A stretch of 63,956 nucleotides of DNA, filler included, from Elsinoe ampelina (Eukaryota), in the NCBI GenBank assembly GCA_010093995.1. It is 11 parts of 11 records of this genome, joined end to end, with 100 filler letters (N's around TTAATTAATTAA, not from the genome) between each part and the next. Parts side by side here need not be neighbours in the genome. Positions count along the whole stretch, not along the records: positions 51,245 to 56,541 come from ML992593.1; positions 56,642 to 61,853 come from ML992594.1; positions 61,954 to 63,956 come from ML992625.1; 8 more parts are not named here. One strand, written 5' to 3'. Position numbers and translations under genes: made by a program. Positions 54,123-63,956 of the stretch are shown in pieces. Position 1 is the first letter of the stretch, and the number at the start of each line of letters is the position of its first letter. The notes under the pieces were generated by a model. That model made no database searches. It was not told where the DNA came from and saw only the letters and a list, made by a program, of their open reading frames with translations.

Positions 54123-55752
54123 ATGCCCTCGATACCATTGAAAAGGACGTCGACTGCCGAACGGAGTGTATCTCCGCCACCAACAAAGCGGAGGAGTGTA
54201 TCGACCGCGACAGCACCACAACTCGAGCAGAACGGCAAGAATGTCACGACGACAACCAGCGGAGCCCTGAGAAAGGTTGCAAGTACTACGAATAGTAAGA
54301 CCTCATTGGAGTCCCACTCACATTTACCCCGCATGCTGACCGCTAGCAGAGAAGCTGGTCCAGAACTTCTTCGCAAAGGCGTCGGAGAAAGCACCTGAAA
54401 GGACAAAGTGGGATCAGATCGGAAATTCGCTCTATATTTGTCGCTACGACAAGGTGGACGAACACAAACATGTCAGACCGCGCAAGGTTGCCCTCTTCGA
54501 CTTTGTACGCGAGCTCTCCCTGAAGCATGTCGTATCATGCTCCATATTCTGACATGGACGCAGGATTCCACTCTGGTTATAACACAATCTGGCAAGAAGT
54601 TCGGCCGCGAAGCAGGAGACTGGACCTGGTGGCACAGTAGTGTTGAGCAGAAGCTCAAGCAGTTGGTCCATGATGGGTATCTTGTTTGTATCATCAGCAA
54701 CCAAGCTGGTCTCAAAGCTCCGGATGCGAAGACGAAAGCACCCACAGCCGCGCTGAACAAGAAGACGTCCGAATGGAAGCAGAAGGTCAAGGCTGTTCTG
54801 GATGTCTTGGACTTGCCGATCACTCTGTACGCCGCCAGAGACCACGACACATATCGAAAGCCACGAATAGGGATGTGGGAGCAACTGCTCAAAGACCACG
54901 ATCTTCATGCCGCAGATATCGACATGAATGGATCTATCTTTGTGGGAGACGCCGCCGGACGCATAGCTGGGCCCATGGGAGGTAAGGACTTTTCGTGCTC
55001 AGACAGAGATTTTGCCACGAACGTGGGCATTCCGTTCAAGACGCCGGAGGAGTACTTCCTTGGTCAAGAAGAGCGGCCGTGGACACGAAACCTTGAGCCG
55101 AGCAAGTATCTCGACACGATCAACAACAGCAAGACGGATGAGAGTGAGTGCACCCGAGCAGGACAATGGGCGGAAGACTGACAAAACCAGGCCCCATAGT
55201 TTTCACCAAGAAGAATAATCAAGATATCATTCTCTTCGTCGGTAGTCCAGGAGCGGGCAAGTCATCTTTCTTCTGGCGCCATCTCGAGCCATTAGGCTAC
55301 GAGCGAGTCAATCAGGACATACTTGGTTCGGTACGTTGAATCTGCCCTGCCTGAGAATTCGCTGACAATGTCAGCGAGACAAATGCCTTCGTCGAGCTAC
55401 AGAGTATCTCACAGAAGGTCAATCCGTCGCCGTTGACAATACGAATGCCGACATGGACGTTCGCAAAGCTTGGCTCGATCTCGCAGCCAAACACAATGTG
55501 CCGGTTAGGGTCGTGCTATTCACTGCTTCACCGAAGCTTTGTGAACACAATGACACAGTCAGAGCGCTCGGCGGGATCAAGATGAACCCGGAGAGCAGGA
55601 CGATGTTGCCGAAGATGGCTTTCTCGGGGTTTGCAGGGAGGTACGTAGAGCCTTCGGTCAGGGAAGGTTTCCAGGATATCACCAAGGTGGACTTTCGATT
55701 CGAGGGCGGCGAGGTAGAGAGGAAGATTTGGGGGAGGTTCTGGATTACTTGA
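54123..55752 (+). CDS. PNK1: Polynucleotide kinase 3'-phosphatase, multi-exon
   Basis: DFDST across an intron, ISNQAG, RKPRIGMW, FVGDAAGR, FSCSDR, GSPGAGKS, VNQD, VDNTN. Confidence 0.93.
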
Positions 55753-56135
55753 GCTTGTGGTATGGTGCTTGTTGAACGGTATCTGGTCGCACGGTGGGAA
55801 GGGTTTCGAGAGTGAGCGATTGCTGGAGGAGGCATGGAGGGCGTTTGGGGTTTGCTGGGTATACCCATTACCGATGCTGCTTAACAGCAGAAGCATTATA
55901 TGAGAGTGTGGTTTCAGTCGGGTGATATACCACGACTGGAAAGTTCGAAGTATGAGTGCAAATGAAGCCATAAGACATAACACTCCTCTGCCTCCACCAC
56001 CACTATCAGAACACCGCCACATGGACGACTGTATGCATCTGTACCCAGATACACACATCGCGCCGCCAACGAACGAAGGCCAGCCAGCTCCTCCTCCAAA
56101 ACCTAGCCCCGCCCCCTCCGTCCCAGCAGCAAGGA

Positions 56136-56541
56136 TGTTGTAATGGAAGGCTGGTACAGCTTCTCTAGTACTGAAGAACTGGTACTGATGAGTCAGCGCA
56201 CGCACAGTAGATAAATCGGTTATTGTAACTCTCTAAATAAAATACACATCTCTCGATCCGATTTGCTAGTTATAATAGGTTATAAGCCCGGCGCTTCTAC
56301 AAAAGCACTTAAAGCTATAGCAAATTAAGTATATTATTATTAAAAGGATTACTAAGCTGCCTATACTAAATTCTAGACTAGCTACATTAAGATAAACACT
56401 TATAGTAGCCCGTATTAACCCTTTAATTAAACAGCTTAAATGGCTTAAACAAGCTAATTACATTAATTAAATTAATAGGCCTTTAGCTAATTACTATTAT
56501 TATATCTAGATTAGCAAAAATACTTAAGACTTAGATTCTTA
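56136..56541 (+). mobile_element. Copia 5' LTR (56136-56277, 142 bp), PBS and start of the internal region
   Basis: TGTTGTAA...TTATAATA (RIPped TTACAACA) followed by GGTTATAAGCCC. Confidence 0.8.
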
Positions 56542-56641
56542 NNNNNNNNNNNNNNNNNNNNNNNNNNNNNNNNNNNNNNNNNNNNTTAATTAATTAANNN
56601 NNNNNNNNNNNNNNNNNNNNNNNNNNNNNNNNNNNNNNNNN

Positions 56642-58190
56642 TCCCAGTCAGCTCACTGTGTCGACCTTGACCGGAGGTTTCACAGGCGTGATCGAACCCG
56701 CCTTCCCATCAACCCGGCAGTTCCGCTCGATTCCCTTCGCAGAACCTCCTGTAGGATCACGCCGCTGGCTGCCACCACAAAAACTCTCCGCTTCAGACGG
56801 TCACCGCTGGTCGACCAAGTTTCCGCCATCCTGCCCTCAGTTTGTCTCGGGGGTCGACATCTTCTGGAACTCCAATCTCACCAAAGGCAACTTGATCTAC
56901 AATGGCGCCCAGAATGATACTTCTGGACTCATAGGAGAGGCCACATCTGAAGACTGCCTGCAGCTCGCAGTATGGACACCCACGATCGAGAACATACCAG
57001 CGGAAGGTCTGCCTGTACTGTTCTTCATGACTGGTGGCGGCTTCGTCATGGGCGGTGTGGAATTGCCATGGCAGATACCTGTGTCTTGGGTCGATCGGTC
57101 CAAGTCGCACATCGTCGTGAGCATCAACTATCGAGTGAGCATATTCGGCTTTCCTGGCGCTCGTGGTTTGTCGGACCAAAACCTTGGGATACTCGATCAG
57201 CGTGTAGCTCTCGAATGGGTCCGCGACAACATTGCAGCCTTCGGCGGCGATCCGGATCGCATCACCCACTGGGGCAGGTCGGCAGGAGCCATCAGTGCGG
57301 ACATACACACATATGCATACTACGATGATCCGGTTGCCCAGGCCTACTACATTGAATCAGGCACTGTGTTCAGCGGCGGTGGGGTCCCCGCCCCGACCTT
57401 CTCCAACTTTTCGTTCGTGGCTCAGCATGTCGGATGCGCCTCTCCATGCGGTAGCCAGGCATGCAATGCGGAAGACTATGCTGCGGCTGAACTCGACTGC
57501 ATGCGTCAAGTGTCTCCAATCCAGATCATCAATTTCATCGGACAGTACGCAGACCGTGGGCAGGCACCGCCTTTGGCCTTTGGTTTGTCTGCAGATGAGC
57601 GGATCGTCTTCAGCGACTACGCCGCGCGATCAGAGGCCGGTCTGATTGCTAGGAGACCGACCATGATCTCATATACCGCCAACGAGTTCTCCTCGCTCGT
57701 GCCATGGCCTGTAAATTTGACAGAAGGTCCTGATCAAGCACTTGTCACTGCCGGGACTGTCACTTTTGGAGTATGTGCGACCTACAACTCGACTGCCTAC
57801 CGCAATCAATTGAGTCCTGACGTGCCGGTCTACCGCTTCCAGTACGCTGCAGAGTTCCCCAACCTGAACGTGTATGACTGGCTTGGTGCGTATCACAACA
57901 GTGAAACGCCACTGATCTTCGGCGCGTACGATTAGCTCAATGGTATCGCAAATACGACCCAGTACCAGGACGAAGTGAGCCGGGCAATGCAGGACCGCAT
58001 TTTGGCATTTGCCCAAGACCCATTCAATGGTCCACAAACACTTGGATGGCAGGCCTCGGTGACCAGCGATCCGAATGGCGGAAGCCTACTCCGATTTGGA
58101 GGCTGCAGTGGCCAGGTCGTCCAACAAATCACTGGGAATGAGGTGGACAATATGTGCAGAGGTACCGGAGAGTACAACTCATTTCCTTGA
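56642..58190 (+). CDS. Type-B carboxylesterase/lipase, 5' partial, with premature TAG at 57933-57935
   Basis: IPFAEPP, SEDCL, GGGF, NYR, FGGDPDRIT, GRSAG, GAYHNSE; the reading frame continues after the stop to 58190. Confidence 0.9.
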
Positions 58191-58337
58191 ATGTGCGGTG
58201 GACTTCTGACTGGAGATCGACAGCGTCTGGCAAGAGTTTTCTATACGGTTGAGAATCCTTCCTAGAAGTCACGAAGGGGCGCTCTCGTGGAAAGAGGGAT
58301 ATATATGCATGGAAATGAGCGTTGTATCTTCGTTGGA

Positions 58338-58640
58338 CCAGATTCCTGTATGTGTGCACGTATGCACTTAACTCCCTATATACTCTCTAATATTCAGTTT
58401 TTTCGCTACCTACTCTTATAGGTCTTTACGTAACTTCTTTACGTATATCTTTATATAGTTACGTATTCTATACCTACGTATAGTCTTTCCTAACGAGTTA
58501 TTATATGCTCTTTATAGTAAGTCTTTACTCTCTCTTCTCTATAAGTCTTTACTATCTCTTCTCTATAAGTCTTTATATATACTCTTCTCTATAAGCTTTT
58601 ATATATACTCTTCTCTATAAGCTTTTATATATACTCTTTA
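58338..58640 (-). mobile_element. Probable Helitron 3' terminus with ~26-bp minisatellite (58520-58640)
   Basis: On minus: hairpin GTGCAtacgTGCAC, 12 nt, CTGG, then T; RIP signature starts just inside. Confidence 0.5.
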
Positions 58641-58964
58641 TTATAGAGATTTTTAGAGATAAGGTATAAGCTTCTAATTAGATATAAGAATCTAGAGTCT
58701 AGCTAGCTTTAGATAGCTTATATATATAGGCTCTAATCTTACTATATACTACCTAAGAAAGATAGCTTCCTTAAGTATTATTTATACTATTAATTAAGAG
58801 CTATTCTTATACTACTATAAGTTAATTATTATATATACTTACTAGTATTAATATAATCTACCCCTAATATAATAATACTTTCTTACTCTACTTAGAAAGT
58901 AGTCTAAGAATAGCTATTATAAGAATATAGTTAGGCTCTATTAGTAATAAGAAGAGAATAGAAA

Positions 58965-60160
58965 CCTAGACACTATATGTCTTAGGAGGAAAGGTACATT
59001 CTAATAGTTTTACTAGAGCAGGGTTAGAGTATTTTTCTAGATTCTAATAGGATTCCTAACCTCTATTCTTTAGAACTTCCTAAGATTTTTTCCCTTTGAA
59101 TTTTTTAGAGATTACTTATATTACCTAGGTCCTCTATAATACTTAGTATTATCTAGAATCATCGAGTATTACTCCTAGAATCTAGGTTATAGTATACTAG
59201 GACTGTCCTAAAAATCTTTTAAAGTTCCTAAGAAAATATAGAGTAGAGGTCTTAGTAGCTTTACTTCTAACAGTTAGAAACTCTAGAATATCCCTACAAA
59301 TTTAGAGAGGCCTAGGTAGACTAGTAGATAGACATAAAATACATATTAAAGTAGAATAAATTTCCTAGTAAATAGGAGGTCTAAGAATTATAGATAACTC
59401 TATAGTACTTAGATTATATGTATAGATATCGCTTCTAGAGTTATTAGGGAAATCCTAGAGCCTATAATTCTTAATTAAATAATAGACAACTAGGATCTTT
59501 AGTAGAAATACCTACCTCCTCTCCTATCTTTGTCTTTTCTAACTACCTCTTAGTATTTCCCTAGACACTATATGTCTTAGGAGGAAGAGTACATTCTAAT
59601 GGTTTTACTAGAGTAGGGTTAGGGTATTTTCCTAGATTCTAATAGGATTCCTAACCTCTATTCTTTTGCTTTTTCTTCTATTTTTTCTTCTTAAAATTCT
59701 TAGATATTACTTATGTTATCTTAAGCTTCTATAATTCTTAGTATTATCTAGAATAATCTAGTATTACTCTTAGAATTATAGTTATAGTATGCCTAAAATG
59801 TCCTAAAAATGTTTTAAAGTTCCTAAGGAAATGCAGAGTATAGGCCTTAGTAGCTTTAGTCCTAGCAGCTAGGAACACTAGAGTACCTCTATAAAACTAG
59901 TAGCGCCTAGGCAGACTAGTAGATACACATAGAATATATGCTAAAGTAGGGTGATTTTCCTAGCAGATATAAGGTCTAATAATCATAAATAACTACATAG
60001 AATTTATGATATATGCCTAAATACCTAAACCTAAGAATTGTTAGGAGGACACCTAGGCCTAGGAGCCTTAATTAATAAGATTGACAGCTAGGATCTTTAG
60101 TATAAACACCTGCCTTTTTTCCTGTCTTTGTCTATTCTATCTACTTCCTAGTATTCCCCT
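58965..60160. repeat. Two diverged ~595-bp tandem units in an unclassified repeat extending to 61853
   Basis: CCTAGACACTATATGTCTTAGGAGGAA at 58965 and 59560, with colinear downstream sequence. Confidence 0.85.
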
Positions 60161-61953
60161 ATAATTTCCCTTTGTCTAGCTCTCTTAGAATAGCTAGATT
60201 AAAATTTAATAGCCTTTTATAATACTTAATTAAGATCTAGTAAGTATATTATATAGACAGGAGTCGAAATAGAATTCTTAGAGGCTATAGCTATGCTAGG
60301 ATATAGAGCTACTATTATAAGTTTATTAATCTAAAGGTTTAGTCTATTATTCTTATTGCATCACCTATTGTTATATTGCTCTAGGCAATAATAAGCTCTT
60401 ATATAAAATTGTCAAGAAACATTCCTAGGTTAGCCCCTAGCACCTAGGCATAGGTTAGTACATTCTAAGTCTCTAGGGCATATAAACCTAAGCATTTTAT
60501 ATGCTATATTTATATACTTCTTTATTATTATATTACTCTTTGTTTTATATGCCTAGCTACCTAGCATGACTTATAGATCTTATATATCTCTTTTATTCCC
60601 TCTAGCTTTCTTCCTTCCTCTTCTTATTATCTTTATTATAGTAAGTTTACCCTATTATAGCTAGATCCTTATCTAGTTCCTTTAAGAGAGTTAAAGTAGC
60701 TAGAGATGCTACTACAGAGATTAAACAGCCTTTAATTAGCTCTAGAAAGAACTAGCTTTATAGCTTACCTATAGCCTTTATAGCCTTTACAGCTTTTATA
60801 GCTTTTATAGAGCTTTTTACTAGCAAGAGATAGATATCCCTAGGGTTCCTTTACTTTAATAAGCTTAGTAGCCTTTATAGCAACATACATAGCTTTAGTT
60901 AGCCTACAGATCTTATCTCTGCTGCCTTAACTCTACTAAGAGACCTTAGAAGAGGACCTTTAGTAAATATAAGCCTTTCTAAGAACCCTAACTAACTATG
61001 ACTCCTAGCACTAGCCCCCTAGCCCTCCTATAATTTTGCCCTACCCTCCTAAACAATTCCCTAAGCCTAGTACTCCTAGCAACTATTATAGCTCCTAGGG
61101 CCTAGCACCCTAGGACTCCTATTAACCTCCTAAACACTACTAGTAACAAGGTTACTAACCTAAACCTCCTAAGTACGTCCTAAACTCCTAACCTAACCTG
61201 AATATACTAACAATTCTAGGCTTTACTTAGGTCCCTATAACCCTAGGATTTGCTTAGTAGGTCTAGGCTAACCTCTATAGGCTTAGCTCCGCCTAGCGCG
61301 ACACTCTAGATCCCTAGGTTAAACCCCTAATTAATTAGGACCTCTAGCATTTTAGCAAGCTCGACTCTAAGTTCTAGCTTAACTAGCCTATTGTCCTAAG
61401 GAACCCTAGGACTGTTATAAACCTCTTTAGATCTAACACTAACTACCTAGTTTCCCTGCTTGTCTATAGCGCTAATAGGTATACTATCTACCTAGCTAGT
61501 TAGAAATACACTTCCTATGCCTAGGGGAACGGTAAGTATAACTCCTATGTTACTATAAGGACTCCTAATAGCACTATACTCCTAAGGGGTTCCTATACTA
61601 ACTATAGCTTCTAGAACAATTACTATAGCTATAGCTTGTCTAGTACGTGTTCCTAAGTTTCCTAATCGATCCTAACTAACATAAGTCCTAGACTACTAGA
61701 GAGCTTCTAGACGCCCCTCTACTAACTCTACCCCTATGCGTCCTAGGGCTTCTAGACCTATAAGACGCCTTAGAGGTCTCCTAACCGACAATAAGGCTAC
61801 TAGGGGCTTCCTAATTAAGCTTCCTAACGACTTTAACTCTTCTAAGAACTAGCNNNNNNNNNNNNNNNNNNNNNNNNNNNNNNNNNNNNNNNNNNNNTTA
61901 ATTAATTAANNNNNNNNNNNNNNNNNNNNNNNNNNNNNNNNNNNNNNNNNNNN

Positions 61954-63956
61954 ACTAGTTTACGAACTAGATTTTAGTTCGGTAGCTAAACTAGTTCTTA
62001 GTTTAGCTCGGGATAGTAATCTAGTTCGGGTGCGACCTAGATTTAGTTTATTAATAATGCGTAGATTAAGTACTTTATATAGTAACAGCGTTTAGCGTAG
62101 ATTAGAGTCTTCTTTTAAGCGTAGTATATCTCTATTTCTCCTCGTAAGTATATTAGCTTTACTATTCGTAGCACTAGGCCTATATATAATCTTAAAGTTA
62201 AACTACGTAAGGTAGAGGGCCTAGCGTACTTAGCGGCGTAATAGCTTCTAAGTCTTTATAAAGTGTATTAAGGATTAGTAGTTAGTAAGGACGTAGATAG
62301 CCTTATTAGATTAAGTACTTATAAGCTTAGGGGCCTATTCCTTAAAGGCTTAGATAATAGCTAGTAATTCCTTGTTATAGATAGCGTAGTTACGCTCGGC
62401 TTTACTTATAGACTTACTAAAAAAGGTAACGGGGCGAAGAACGTTAGACCTATCGTATTATAATAGAACTCTAGTAGTAGTAGTATTAGATACGTTAGTC
62501 TCGAGGACTATCTATTTTAAGTAGTCGAAGTAAGCAAGAACTAGTATAGTAGTAATAGTATACTTTATATAATTAAACGCTATAGTATACTTATCGTTCT
62601 AAGGTAAGGCGTCTTTCTTAAGTAGATTATTTAGTAGCTTAGCGATAGTACTAAATCCCTTAATAAAGTAGCAATAATAGCTATAGAAACTAATAAAGCT
62701 TCTTACCTAAGTAGTATTACTAGGGGCTAGCTATTTCTATACTTATATAGCTTCTACCTTCTTAGGATCTATCTTAACTCTATCTTAGCTAACAATAATA
62801 CTAAGGTACTTTACCTCTGTTAGGTAGAACTTACTCTTCTTAATATTAGCGTTTAGGCTTAATTCGTAGAGCCTCTAGAGTACTAGCTTAATATACTCGG
62901 TATACTCTTAGTAAGAGCCGTTTATATAGATAAGAATATTATCTAGGTAGATTAATATAAAGCGCTCTAGTATATTAACAAAGTTATAATTTATAAACCT
63001 CTACTAGACTATAGAGGTATTAGTAAGACTAAATAGTATTACTAGCTACTTAAAGTTGCCTATACATATAAAGAACATAGTAAGATCTTTACTATCGATA
63101 GAGTTATAGAGGTAGTAGAAGGCCTAATAGATGTTAATCTTACTAAACTATTTAGTCTTACTTACGCGCGTAAATATTTCTTTAATAAGAGATAGAGAAT
63201 AGATATCTTACTTAGTTACCTTATTAAGGCTATAGTAGTTAATATAGAGACGGAGTCCTCTACCTAGCTTGTAAATAAAGAGAATAGGTAAGGAATAGCT
63301 AGTAGAGCTTAGTATAATAAAGCCTTTATTAAGATATTCTTAGATAAATTGTTCTACTATATCGAGTTCTTCTAGCGATAGGCAGTATAAAGGCTCTATA
63401 CGTAGTAGCTTAGCGCTATCTTTAAGTATAATACAGTTATTAAAATCCGGCCGATACTAAGAAAGCGTATTAGATTATTCTTTAGAGAAGACGTCGGTAA
63501 ACTCCTATAGCTCTTCTAGAAGAACTACTATAGGATCTAGTTCTAGCTTAGAGGCTATCTAGTAGTAGTCCTCGATATTCTTTACTAAGATTATAAATAC
63601 CTTATTTTCTTAGTATTTAGCTACTAAAGTAAAGGTAGTAGCGCTAATAAATATAATAGTTAGCTCTTCTTACTTAGTGTTACTTATATAGGTAGGTACG
63701 TAGGAGAACTTATATATTAACTAAGTACTATAGGAGATTAGCTTAAACTTTCTCTAATTTAGCTTAAAGTTCGACCTAAGAGCTAGCGGCCGATATAGTC
63801 TAGTTCGTTCTAACTTAGTAGCCGAGCTAGGACCTAGTTTACGTATTAAACTAGGACCGAACTAATTCTAAACTAAAACGGCAGCTTTACTAAGCTAGAT
63901 TCCTAGATCTAAGTCGGGCTTAGATCTAGATTCTAGTCTTTTAATTAGCTATAGTA
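61954..63956 (-). mobile_element. Gypsy pol fragment (RT plus RNase H), RIPped
   Basis: De-RIPped YLDDILI ~62930-62950, ETDAS ~62490, ERNYAIYDKELLAI ~62360-62400. Confidence 0.88.

Noticed and set aside
58520..58640. CRISPR-like array
   Set aside because: Head-to-tail minisatellite without spacers, in a eukaryote
61155..61200. Telomeric CCCTAA-like words
   Set aside because: Isolated and irregular, readily produced by RIP of C-rich DNA

Overview
Ascomycete fungal DNA. The ITS1 resembles Elsinoe/Myriangiales (Dothideomycetes), judged by eye and not by search. The window is not one locus. It holds 11 small unplaced contigs joined in decreasing size order (6647, 6500, 6355, 5892, 5682, 5636, 5603, 5297, 5212 bp) by 100-bp N44-TTAATTAATTAA-N44 linkers. 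Most of it is transposon DNA destroyed by RIP (repeat-induced point mutation): several Ty3/gypsy chromovirus families, three Copia families, MULE, hAT, Tc1, a probable Helitron end and two unclassified repeats. It also holds an unmutated rDNA unit with an S1506 group IC1 intron and small gene islands: GT2 and GT25 pseudogenes, a divergent ArgRS, a GPI wall protein, an ALDH pseudogene, PNK1 and a carboxylesterase with a premature stop. The best candidate for an undescribed system is an antisense Zn(II)2Cys6-like plus helical accessory gene upstream of the 3' LTR. It appears, after mental reversal of RIP, in three different LTR families (four copies), two of them with matching intron positions. 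Also notable are a multi-level LTR nest joined to 28S rDNA, a hAT with a divergent second gene and an unclassified multi-ORF repeat. De-RIPped translations were done by eye and TE boundaries are approximate unless termini are quoted.
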